A stretch of DNA of 64,000 nucleotides from Balanoglossus misakiensis (lineage: Eukaryota > Animalia > Hemichordata). The translations under genes and the position numbers were made by a program. The notes beneath the pieces are model-generated. The model did no database searches, was not told the DNA's origin, and saw only the letters and a program-made list of their open reading frames with translations. Of the stretch, positions 49,627-62,126 are shown in pieces; position 1 is the stretch's first letter; each line of letters starts with the position of its first letter. The stretch is taken from the NCBI GenBank assembly GCA_040954595.2, contig CM082597.2, positions 9,641,778 to 9,705,777 of the forward strand, given 5' to 3'.

Positions 49627-52600
49627 GTAAGTAAAACTGTTATCAACGTCTTGTTTTGTATGAACCTGTTGCATATAAGATCTCTCTCACACAGAAACTT
49701 TAATCTTTCTCTCAATGCTTTTTGGAAATGACACTGCAGCCCTTGCGCCAACGAACGGTGGGGTTGGTTTCTAGTCACTTCGACCCCTGGCCGTTCCGAC
49801 CCGCGACACCTAAAGTCACTTCGACCCCTATAAATTCATTCGGTAAGGAGACAAACTTAGTGGCGTGAATGTGTTATCAGGTTCGTTTGATGCGCTAAAT
49901 ATTTGCAGAGTTTTCCAGGGCTCCAGTGTGAGGCACTACACATGCGATTAAAAATGACACTCCAACCGTAAATCAAAAGATATAGGGCAAAACTGTATTA
50001 ACCGCCATCTTGAAAAACGCGTTGCATTGTGGGACGACTGGGGGGAAGTACCTGAAGACCCATAGCATTGTAATGTAGACATCTACCGAGACACTCTATT
50101 CCTCCAAACGTTTTTTTTCCGACAAACTCTCATTGCAAGGTCAGGTTTCGTTTCCAATAGCCGTCTTCTGTTCTGAAAAGTATTATTATTATCGTCGAGC
50201 CGTTCCAGAAGATTTTTGAGGATCCAACAATAGCGGGTGTTGCCATTATTCATTGGTATTAAGTGCTGTTGCTATGTGTTTGACAAATTCGTTTCTGAAT
50301 ACGTTCAAGTAGAATTTTCGTGACACAATTACAATAACTGTAAAATAACTAAAAATAACAAACTTTCCATAAAGTATGACCAGATGCTGATGCTGATTAC
50401 TTGGCTCGGATTACAGATGAACATGCCACGCCCCCTTTTCAAAAAAACTGTCCAAACCGCTCTGAAACATGCACAAAAATGAAAAGAATGTTTTGCATTA
50501 ACTTTTGATTAGCAAGAAGTTTCTCTTTCAAATCTGTTTTTTTTTTGTTTTGTTATGTAAACCAGTAAGTGAATGTGGAGATAGAAGAAAAAAAGCGTGA
50601 ACGGCTTCATTATAATGCAAGCCAAGCTGTGAAAATTAAGGCCAGCCATGAAAGCGTCCTTTCAAAATTTTCGTGACACCGACGTAGAAGGGTATGAAAA
50701 ACTAGAATTTCAACACATAATGGAGATCATTGCAATCGTTTTTTGGTCTAATTTGTTTTATTTTCGTCTAATAAGACTTAGTGAAATTAGTCTTGGAAAG
50801 GACGCTTTCATGGCTGGCCTTAATTTTCACAGCTTGGCTTGCATTATAATGAAGCCGTTCACGCTTTTTTTCTTCCATCTCCACATTCACTTACTGGTTT
50901 ACATAACAAAACAAAAACAAAAACAGATTTGAAAGAGAAACTTCTTGCTAATCAAAAGTTAATGCAAAAAATTCTTTTCATTTTTGTGCATGTTTCAGAG
51001 CGGTTTGGACAGTTTTTTTTGAAAAGGGGGCATGGCATGTTCATCTGTAATCCGAGCCAAGTAATCAGCATCAGCTTCTGGTCATACTTTATGGAAAATT
51101 TGTTATTTTTAGTTATTTTACAGTTATTTTAATTGTGTCACGAAAATTCTACTTGAACGTATTCAGAAACGAATTTGTCAAACACATAGCAACAGCACTT
51201 AATACCATAGAATAATGGCAACACCCGCTATTGTTGGATCCTCAAAAATCTTCTGGAACGGCTCGACGATAATAATAATACTTTTCAGAACAGAAGACGG
51301 CTATTGGAAACGAAACCTGACCTTGCAATGAGAGTTTGTCGGAAAAAAAACGTTTGGAGGAATAGAGTGTCTCGGTAGATGTCTACATTACAATGCTATG
51401 GGTCTTCAGGTACTTCCCCCCAGTCGTCCCACAATGCAACGCGGTTTTCAAGATGGCGGTTAATACAGTTTTGCCCTATAGGGTAGCTTTATTCAAGGAA
51501 ATCGTGAGATTGAGTAGCGAATCGCAAGTTCTCGCAGCTTTACCGTGAATCGTACGCATTACAGGGACACATATTCACCGGTCAAGTGACTGTTATTCTG
51601 AGGCAATTTTCCCCGAAAAGTTGCATATCGTTCCTAAGTGTTATTACAGACCTATGAAATAATCAGACATAGGGATCGAAGTGACTTGGCCACAGGGGTC
51701 GAGGTGACCACAAAGAGGTGTGAAACACTGGGGTCTAAATGGCCAGGGGTCGAAGTGACCTGTTACGACGTTATGACCTGTTATGACGCGTAATAAATTT
51801 CAGAACACAGGCTGAATAAAATATCCAGAACTTTATAAGTAGTGACTTGAGGTGGGGTTGCATATCGTTCCTAAGTGTTATAACAGACCTATGAAATAAT
51901 CAGACATAGGGATCGAAGTGACTTGGCCACAGGGGTCGAGGTGACCACAAAGAGGTGTGAAACACTGGGGTCTAAATGGCCAGGGGTCGAAGTGACCTGT
52001 TACCGGGTTAGGTTACCGGGTAAAAAAAACCAAGTCGCCGTTCCCTACATCTGATTTTAATTAACACACAGAAATAAGCACCATGCAAACCCCCAGGTTT
52101 CGAAAGACAGCTCATGTTGTAGTAATAAACCGAGTTTTACTTTGAACATAATAAACACGTGGACATCGGAAGCAACTACCTCTATCTACCGCGTCTCGAT
52201 CAGACTCGATTGCACGCGCGGAAGATGTAAACAAATATGGCGGCCACCATGTACCAGCCAACCCCACGACAGCATGATCTCCGTTTCACACCTCCAGTCA
52301 GTCGCTAAAGAGCTGTGAACGTGTGAATGTCGACCAAAACCATACAAAACGATTGCAATGTTCGTTTCATTGTTTTATTTGTTTTATTTTACAACAAAAG
52401 ACGTTCATTTGTGAAAAAGCAACACAGGCGTGAATAGGCGGTTCCATTTACAATAGGATATCGCATAGCGTATCGGCCTGATTGATAGCGTATCGGGCAA
52501 AATTATAGGATATCGGCCCCGATACGCTAAAACCCTCTGGGGAGAACACTGCTTAACTGTCCCCTGTAAAATTGGTTATATCAGTGAGTTAGGGATCCCA

Positions 52601-55600
52601 AAGGTCGGACCTTCCTATTCCACACCATGGGGTTGCGACCCAAAATGATTTGCTACTCAAAAGGTGATAGCGGCGGAGTTCAGTGGTCTGAAACGCATTA
52701 GCCAAAGAAAAGTTCATGTACTTCCACCTCCTGTTGTTGGTAAATATTGTGGAGCGCGCGATTTGGCGTAAATTCGCGAACAGTTTGATATATTTTTGTT
52801 TTCACGGACGCCATCTTGCGACCGTCACGTCGTGGGATTTTCCCGTTTTTGAGTAATCGCGTGGGCGTATTGACATGAAATTTGAAACCATGTGTAGTCA
52901 TGTTTCTTGTCTACAGGAGAGACAACACGGGAATTCGAAAGGCGAGGCGAAATTTATCGAAAAATTGAAAAATTTGCTAATTTCACCGTTTTCGGCATGT
53001 AAATGAAGTAGGGCGTACCTGAACCAACGCGCTCTTCAAAACACATACAAAATTCTAGCGTTTCCGACCGCTACATATCTACAAAAGTGTAGCGCAAACT
53101 AGCGCAACGCGTTTTTAGAAAGGCGGAAGTGAGTTAATTTCAGAACATACGCGTTGTTCTCTTTATTGTTTATACTGTGCAGCACTTTCTTTTGTCTAGA
53201 ACAAAAGAGGTAACGTAGCAACGTGTACATATTTCGTCTTGCGTTAAGATGCGTTCTCCAAGCAGGTACTTTCTTGAGGGACTGTGATTTGTACTACTAG
53301 TGAGTGGATACTTCTAAGCCAGCTAAAGAGTCTGACTGTCTGACCATAAATATGACTTTATTGTCAGCAAAAAACATTGGCCCTTCAGTTTTATACTCAC
53401 AGCAAATGTGATACATGTACTACTATGATCTGTCGATGGACCAACAATTACAACAATTGATGGTATTGCCTTATCACTGGTCATCACCTCAATGGTAGAT
53501 CATTTTTTTGCCTTCTGGACAAACACATATCCTTTATTTACTAAAATGACATACCGGTACCCATGCACCAATGGTTTTATTTACAAATAATACATTAATA
53601 CAATAACATCACACAACCAACAACAGAAAATTGGTTGTCTTGCCAACATTTATGCACTACATAGTAATATACATCAATCCAGTGTTATTATTGCTCATTC
53701 ACTTTCATAAAACTGAATTTGCTTTGTCAGCTACAGCAGCAGGTTGGCCTTGCAGTGAAATCCTGCACACTCTCAAAACCCAGTGCATCATAGGATAGGG
53801 CTCTCCTAGGCTAATCACAAGTGGTTGGGAGATAAGTTTTATACTCAATGGGTACATTGGATATGTATCTTTGAAACAGTAGTATGACACAAAGTGTGGG
53901 TGTACCCTGCATAAAATTAGCATAAATTATGGAAAAAACTTCAAAAATGGCAACTTTGAAGGCTCAGTCATAAGACTGTAGGCAAGGTGGATTTTCAAAT
54001 TATGCATTTTTGCCATCTGTAGGGGCACCCTAACACATACAATAGACAAATTTAGAATCAATTTGATTTTTTAATTTTCCTTTGTGAACCCTAAGTGAGT
54101 AAATGATCTCTTGATTGTTCTTGCAAAGGGTGATGAACTTGTCAGACTGTATGTGCCGTAGTCTGTAAGTATGCATGTATATATATGGGGGGGGGGGGGG
54201 GGCTATGGAAAAAAACCAGGAAATTTAAGGGGGGCACAGATTTCCTCCACAATTTACTAGGGGGGTGGGCCATGGAAAAAAATCACCAGGAAAATTAGAA
54301 ATCCTCCACCACCACCCTGGAAGTAAATTCTGGACAGTCCCTTAGGCCCGTCTGACACTACCACCTTACAGCTTACTTTCTATACTTATTAATTTTGTGA
54401 AACAGTATTTATTAGACCGAATAAATTTGTCTTAGATAAGGGTTTTTGGTTTCAGCATGAAGGGTATAGTTTCAACAATGGTTTCAACATTCCAGCTTGC
54501 ACTCCTCTCCTACAGATTTGACAACAAATAACAATAACACAATAACACATGGAGAGCAAGTGTTAACCAAATACTGCCGACATTAAAATGCAAAAATTCC
54601 AAGCTGTGAAATTGTCCGCCTTATCGTATCATTTCATTTCTGTGACAAAGAGATTTTAATGTCTCTCTAGCAAAGTAAATCGTGTCATTTTGCCACTGGC
54701 GATGATCCAAACTTTTAATTTTTCTGTTTTATGGTATCCGTCAAGCAACGGGCAATTATAGCCCATTTACAGTGTGAGGAACCGGACTCCTGTGTAAGAG
54801 ACAAGCAATGGGAAGTATTTTCTTGCTCAAAGTCACAACATGGCGGCCATGTTCTTGAGTCAAAACCACAATCCTCTGATTGTGAGATTGGTTATGGTAC
54901 CCTCGCTAATGCTTTTAACTCTGTTCAACAATAGCTCCCAGTTCAACAAATACTAGACCCCATTTCAGTGTATATACTGTAGGTCCAGCATTGCCATAGG
55001 GATCAACGGAGTTTGAACAAACCATGGTGGTGAAACGGGGTAAAAATACTCATATAGAACTGCAAAATTCGTTTTGGTTGTCAATTTATTTTAATATGAC
55101 TTGGTGATGCATGCTTCTCAGATCTACAACAAGGGCCAAACAGAATTTTATTATTCAACGTATAGAATCACAGCAAATCTAGTTTTATACATGTATGTGA
55201 GTGTTAAGTTTTAAAGTGTCTGTGCCATCGCCTTGATTTCCACTAGAAATCTCTTTCAAAGGAGCATAACCTCGGAAAGACGAAAAAAGTCGACTGGACT
55301 GGCTTTGGGGTACAGGCCCACCCACCACTTTTGCTTACAAATTATCAAACTATAAGGGTGGCTATGAGATTCTAGACGACAACAAACCTAAACTTCACCA
55401 CCCAAAGAGTGATATTACATGTTGTGGGTATGGGCATGTCATACACATAGACCTTTTAAAAAGAAATTGTATTCGATTGCTGGGAGCTTGTGTTGAGTGG
55501 TATGGTTATGTAAGTTTGAATTGCCTGTTTTGTTGCAACTCATAATCATAATGGTTTAAATCAGTCATGTGAATTCAAGATACCATTGTTATCATAAACC

Positions 55601-58566
55601 CAACATGCATTCATATTGTTCAAGATTTACATGGTGTAAAGGGAACTTTCTAACTTCTATATGAGCAGTTATTGCATCAATTGTTGTTTCTTAACTTACG
55701 CAATTACTTATAAGCGACAATTTCCCGTTTTCAAATATGACGGATAACCCGTGCTTAAACATTCAATCAAACCCAAATTGTGTTTGTAATGTCCTCATTT
55801 TAAAACTATGTGTTTGTAAAAAGTTGCATGTCCATTGGAGGTACCATGCCCTTGATACCTTGCATATATAGGCTATAGTAAACAGTGCCTATGCCCTATG
55901 TAAGTAAATTTTGTCTTCATGTTATTTCTTTTGTTTTGTTTTGTTAGATTCGCGTGAAGCCAGATAAAACTGGTGTTGTCACAGAAGGCGTGAAGCATAG
56001 TATGAATCCATTTGATGAAATTGCTGTTGAAGAAGCTGTGCGACTTAAAGAAAAGAAAATAGCCAAGGAAATCATTGCTGTCAGTTGTGGTCCTAAACAG
56101 TCACAGGTAATGATGAGACAATCAAACTGAACAGAGACTTCATTCTCTCACACCCACTTCCATCTATTTTCTGTGTCACAGTCGGTCTATCTCATCTGTC
56201 TGTGTAAATGTCCAGACTTATACTTTTGTACTTGCGCTACAATGTACATTGTGGTTGATTTTACAGTGGCATAAATTTCATGTGTGTGAAAGTCACAGTG
56301 GAGTTGCGCAAGCATATATTTGCAACCAGGCATCACACAGCCAGGCATCTGACACACATCAGATCAACTAATGGTCACATATTTCATTCACTATCTGATT
56401 GCTTTTTGCCTGCACATGGTGGCTTCTGGGAGTTGGCTTTTGCTTACAGATGCTAACAAGTTGTATTTTCTTTGGCATTTCCATCTGAAGGAGACATTAA
56501 GGACAGCACTTGCAATGGGTGCAGATCGTGCTGTACATGTAGAAGTGTCTGGTAAAGATTATGAAGGACTTGGTCCTCTACAAGTCTCTAAAATACTGGC
56601 GAAATTAGCAAAGGAAGAAGATGTTGGTTTAGTCATCTTAGGAAAACAGGTATGTAGCCATTAATTTGACTGCTCTATTACTTCAATCACCCACTATACT
56701 TTGGATAATTAATTATTTTACAACCCCCAAGTTTTCAACCAGTGCGTAATCACAAACTGATTTTCCAGCCCCCCCCCCCCCTTCTTCACGCCTATATTGG
56801 CTATCATATCTAGCGCCCTCTATGGGTACAGGAATTATAATAAACACAGTGCTCAGCCTGTGTGTTGCATATACATGTATACAATCATCACCATGTTTTT
56901 CCTGTTTTTGTGTTGTCATTGTGTATTTCTTGGGAGGAAATCAGCAACTTCAACCTTCTAAGGTATTCAAACTCACTGATTTTATTCTTCCTTACCACAA
57001 ACAGTCAAATTCTATCATAAATGCAGTTTTCTGCCAAGGTCCTTGGCTGGTGGGGGCCTTCAGGCTTAAAATGTTCATACTGTTGGGTCAGTTTCTAAAA
57101 GAACGAGAATTGAATTTCTAATTAGTCACGTGACCTAGTATTGAAGTATTCAAATGGTCGTCATTTGCATAAAAAATGAATCAAAATTCTATGTGCACAA
57201 TTTTTGTAGACCATGTGTTCAGGGTCATACATGCTGAATTTCAAGGTCTCAGATGATGTCCATTTTGAGAAGAAGATTTTTAAAGCATTATTTTTCATAT
57301 TTATAAAAAAATAATCCACCAGAAAATATTTTTCAACCAGATCAAAAGTTTGTTTAGCACTGAACATTTTTAAGATTGCCTTTACATTTGTTTCAAAATC
57401 AGGTTCAAAACTTTGTGTTCAGTATCTCAGAGAGTCACAGAGAGAAGTCACATAATGCGTAAAAACACAGGGATTATCGACAGTAATCCCAGCACATTTG
57501 GACAGAAAGTTGTCGATTGCCTTTGATATTTGCCGCAGTCGTTTGTCCCTTTCGCTCCAGGGACTCTATGGTGGGATGAAGCACACACATGTTCTGCCTG
57601 AAATGCCTGAAATAGTAGTTACAAATTATTGTAAATGACAGTCCCACTGGATTAATTGTAATTTTTGGAATCGTATGAATTTGTTTTTGAAGTTATTTGC
57701 ATTGTTCTGTTTACCATTTCATTTGAAAGTGAACTACCTTGACATAATATTTGGTAAATACATGTACATGAAACTGACATGGAAGTATTCTCATGCAGTC
57801 TCCACACATTTGTGAATTTCAACCAGTGATTCAACCTGTTTCAATTAAAAAACCAACATTAATTTGTCAAGTGATTTAAAAGTTGAGAAAATATGTTTAA
57901 TATTTGCAAACTTGTTCATGTCATTTTTTTTTCTTTTGTATGTAGGCAATTGATGATGACTGTAATCAGACTGGTCAGATGTTAGCTTCCTATCTGGACT
58001 GGCCACAAGCAACCTTTGCATCAGAAGTCAAGTTAAATGATGGCCACCTTAATGTTGTCAGAGAAATTGATGGTGGTCTAGAAACAGTACGTGTAAAAAT
58101 GCCATGTGTTGTTACAGCAGATCTTAGATTAAATGAACCAAGATACGCTACATTACCCAATATTATGGTAAGTTCCAGTTATAACCCTGATGCAAATTTC
58201 AACCATCATTTTCAACAGGTAAACATCACTTGGAATCACAAGTACTTTGTGATTGTGTCTCAATGATTAAAAACAGAAAATGTGCATATTGTCATTTGCA
58301 TGGTTATGGAAATACACCCCAGCAGTCTTGTGATGTCAAGTCGTAGTCACATAATTTTATTGTAACTGTGTTGTTATTATCATTTTTGATGACAGAAAGC
58401 AAAAAAGAAGCCCTTGGCCAAGAAGACTGCAAGTGATTTAGGAATTGATCTAACTCCACATGTAGAAACACTCAAAGTAGAAGATCCTCCAGTAAGAGAA
58501 GCTGGTCAGAAGGTGGAAGATGTCAATGACCTGGTAGCCAAGCTGAAAGATGCAGGCAGAATTTGA
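49570..58566 (+). CDS. ETFB: Electron transfer flavoprotein subunit beta, 5 coding exons: join(49570..49626,55948..56106,56491..56649,57946..58167,58396..58566), 255 aa
   Basis: Spliced ORF of 768 nt with all phase-0 GT-AG introns. Diagnostic motifs: [105 protein letters not shown]. Confidence 0.98.
49766..52004. mobile_element. TIR element with subterminal GTCACTTCGACCCC repeats (Mutator/Rehavkus-like) and a duplicated right end
   Basis: GTCACTTCGACCCCT repeats at the left and GGGGTCGAAGTGAC at the right; the roughly 145-bp right end occurs twice (51620-51765 and 51857-52003). Confidence 0.6.
49981..51480. mobile_element. 1.5-kb foldback element: about 684-bp inverted arms around a 132-bp spacer
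   Basis: 49981-50663 and 50796-51480 are near-identical reverse complements; ends TATAGGGC..GCCCTATA. Confidence 0.92.
55948..56106 (+). CDS. ETFB: ETFB exon 2 (IRVKPDKTG...CGPKQSQ)
   Basis: Polypyrimidine tract plus ag, donor gtaatg, 159 nt. Confidence 0.96.
56491..56649 (+). CDS. ETFB: ETFB exon 3 ([15 protein letters not shown]...VILGKQ)
   Basis: Acceptor ctgaag, donor gtatgt, 159 nt. Confidence 0.96.
57946..58167 (+). CDS. ETFB: ETFB exon 4 ([12 protein letters not shown]...ATLPNIM)
   Basis: Acceptor tgtag, donor gtaagt, 222 nt. Confidence 0.96.
58396..58566 (+). CDS. ETFB: ETFB exon 5 ([10 protein letters not shown]...LKDAGRI*)
   Basis: Acceptor gacag; TGA at 58564-58566. Confidence 0.96.
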   Translation, partial: KAKKKPLAKKTASDLGIDLTPHVETLKVEDPPVREAGQKVEDVNDLVAKLKDAGRI

Positions 58567-59240
58567 CAGCTTACTCTGGTAATAACATAATACAACACTC
58601 TTGTCTGTTTTCTATGCTGTGATTGGGCAAATTGGTGCTGTGTGGGGTTTGGTCATTTTTGCTCTGATACAAAGTGACATCATTATCGCTATTTTTTTAT
58701 TTACATCAGTCTGTCCTCTAATCTGAGTCACCCTCAAAATGGTCATTTCCCTGGTCTCTCAAGACCAAGTCGCTGGAACAACTCGTAGATCAGTAATGAG
58801 TTGAAATGTATCAAGATATGTAGATACATTTTACAGGTTACTTTGATGGATTCACTCATTTAGATAATGTTTCATTACAGGATGAATCACCATGAATGGA
58901 AAAAGGATGACGTAATGCATTTAAGAGATACATTTGGGTTACTATTTGTGAAAGCTTTAGACAGTGCAGCCACTTTGTGATATAGTGAATACAAGACCCT
59001 ATCCAATCTTGAAATCGAGAAAGATTAGCAACTGTTTTTAATCCCCTTCTCGTAGGACTCCATGTTAATCTGACAATGGCATTACTTGGCACACTGAAGG
59101 TTCAGTATATTTCAGTAAACGTTTAAGAATGCAATCAGATATCAGTTCATTGGAGTAAATTAATCAGCTCTGTGACTGGTGTAGTAAAACACTGGGCTGT
59201 GTGATAGCCACGTGGAACAGTGAATGGAGAGGTGTAATTG

Positions 59241-60650
59241 CAGCCAGAACGCAACACCTTCATTAGCATATTATCGCCTATCCAGATCAGGACCGTTACA
59301 TTTTGAATGGCCGCTCACAGACCGTTTTTTGAGGCATTTTCAACTTGCCGTAACTTTCGCTAGAGTGCATTATTTTAAATCATGTAAAAGCGAAAACCTC
59401 TCCTGACATGTCTTCTTTCGTGCCATCCAAATGGATTTTAGAATTATTTACTGAAATATTGATATTATGGCGATTTTCCGAAGGTTACTCTAGCGGTCGA
59501 AAATATGGTCCAGTTTTTCGCTTCCAGTATCCATAATATGCACCGGAAAGTTTACAGATTTCAGGGTAATGTGGGTTTTTGTACACTTTAAATGACCGTG
59601 TAAAAAAATTGGTAAAGATACAAGTGCAACGGTCAGTTCAAGAATTTTCGCTAAAAAACGGGCGATTTTACCCGGAAGTCGTCACATGACCTACGTGACC
59701 CGAGGTTTCCCGGCCGCTGATGTAAACACTAGTAAATACGCAATTATCCCAGTTGCTGTTTGCAGTCTCTGTTTAACGCGATTGTGGAGTTGAAAGAACC
59801 GGACTGATTTTTTAGAAACGTTTGTGTTGTCGCTCAATAATGTTTTTCTTTTTGTGAAGCACCACATTCGACGAAATCTGTATTTTATTCTTCCAAAGGC
59901 TGTGGTGTGGAGGCATCGTAGGGTTACGCTGCGCCATAAGCGGACACACAGCCCTGCAATTCATACACGCAGCCGCCAGTGCTAACGTAGTTTAGGCAGA
60001 TCTCGATGATCATCGATAATTTTCAAGAATAAAAGGTAGTCTTACTAGCCGATATATAATGAACTCATTTCCAACATGTGCATTTATCAACACTAAATGT
60101 ACATGTGGGACGTAAACAATATACACACATTCTGCACTGAACGCTCGACAATGGGTTACGCTGTAAACTCCCGCCATTTCCCACTGAAAATGATCTCATC
60201 ACAGCAAAAAGTAAACAAATTAAAACCGTTATAACTTCGTTAATATGCCCCGGAAAGTATACAAACTTCACTGTAAGAAGGGCCAATGTCTATATTTTAT
60301 AAATATGTCATCGGATTTCTACAAAAAGTTGGTGCAACAGTCCGTTCAAGAATTTAGCGAGGCATGTTTCCAAAACGTGAATTTTCATTACTCTGTACTT
60401 TTCGTTATTTCTCTGCAACTACTGCATTAATCGTCAAAAATACTCCTTGAGATATAGTTCGATATATGTACTATCAAATAAATCCAACAAAAATACTCAG
60501 AACGATCGCCATTAATAGCGGTTGATGACCAAAGTTGGGGAAAAAAATGACCCAATTCAGACACCCTTTTCGGGGCTCAGTGTAACGGTCTCGTTTTTCG
60601 AATCAGATTTCGCATTTGCATATGTTAATGAAGGCGTTGCGTTCTGGCTG
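59241..60650. mobile_element. Non-autonomous TIR element with 4-bp TSD ATTG (superfamily uncertain, Sola-like)
   Basis: ATTG-CAGCCAGAACGCAACACCTTCATTAGCATAT ... ATATGTTAATGAAGGCGTTGCGTTCTGGCTG-ATTG. Confidence 0.82.
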
Positions 60651-61855
60651 ATTGTGCAAAGCTAAACTTTAATGGCAGCTGGTTGTGTCAGCAATGACAA
60701 TTTTAAATGCATTGAAGGTCTGGTGTGCCATGTCATGTTACTCTATATGTATTTGAACCTCTATAGCTATAAATAAGCTAGGTATCTCTATAAACTGAGC
60801 AATTTCCTTATTGGGGCACGCTCATCAAGGAACAATAAAGTGTATGGATAATAATAAACTTAGCATAAACGTGATGCCCCCAACGAACATACAATAAAAT
60901 ATTTCGTGTTTATTTTTTTGGGGTGTGAATGAGAACTGCACTCACTGCACCGGCTTCTCAGTCACATTTTCTTCAGGAGAATATCCCCCTTTCTACTGAC
61001 CAAACACATGATGTACTGCAAATATACAAGTGCTTCAGGTGTATGACGTCATTTTAGTCACAACTGAACACTGATGGCGCAATATACAACCGCACGCACC
61101 CGGGCCGGCAGCAGATGATGGTATCTGTTCGCCTCCGTTGCTAGCCAGTACAGACGGGCTCATATACAGTGTATGTTAGGAAGGGTATGCAATCGTTTCA
61201 CATGAGTCTGGGGACGTGCGTTACCAAAAAGGGGGGACACTTTTCTGCGGAACAGTGTCATCGAAAGGTAGTCAATAATTTAAATTTTTGCTTAGAATGT
61301 GTCTTGAAAAGTGTTTGATTAATCATGAATAAAAAAACGGAAAAACGTGACAAATACAACAAATCCCCTATATACAAAACCATTGCGAATCTGGTTACAG
61401 GAAGTGAGGTGTTCGAGCGCCGTCTTATATCATTCAATGAAACTATGTGTGACCTCAGCTCAGCTCCTCCCAGTCATGGTGGACGTTGTTTATGTGCTGT
61501 TACAGTATGATACAAAGGTTATACAATCAAAAACATTTTTAAAAACCTAGCAACTTTAATTTCGCTTATTTATAATAGAATTGAATACAGAATAAAACTT
61601 AGCTTCTTTCTCAAACCTCCAAACCTAAATTGAAAACGTTAAAACAGATTCAATAAAACTGTTATAAAAAGTTTTTAAAATAGCAGAGATCAATAACCAT
61701 TTCCTTTGTTGAAATATACAAATCGAGATAGTTTTCTTTACACCATTTTGAAAAGTTTGCAAAAGAATATTGCCCAATGTGCCGAGGCAGTTAGCCAATA
61801 AGAAAAATTGAAAAGAAATTCTATTATTAAATGGAATCTGCCTTAAGTCTGCTTA

Positions 61856-62126
61856 GGCCAAACAAAAAAATATGTGCTGTTCCGATTACCCAACCTACCC
61901 TAATTTTAGCCCGCTGACCCTAAACTTTTTAGAGCTTCCTAAACTGGAAGTAGAAAATATACAAAATCTATGAAAATTGCAAGAATCACAAGAACTATGA
62001 CATCATTCTTCTACACTACGTCAGGCAAAGATATAAAAAAAAATTGCGAAATAAAAACATTGGTCTACCTACCTCCCTGTTTTTGAAAACCATATAATGG
62101 AACAGCACTTAGTATTTTTATTGGCC
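61856..62126. mobile_element. Zator-like MITE
   Basis: TTA-GGCCAAACAAAAAAATA..GTGCTGTTCC ... GGAACAGCAC..TATTTTTATTGGCC-TTA. Confidence 0.7.

Noticed and set aside
56371-56664. Stand-alone 97-aa ORF (likewise 49537-49731, 57979-58266 and 33032-33238)
   Set aside because: Each is a single exon plus read-through intron of ETFB or CCDC153.
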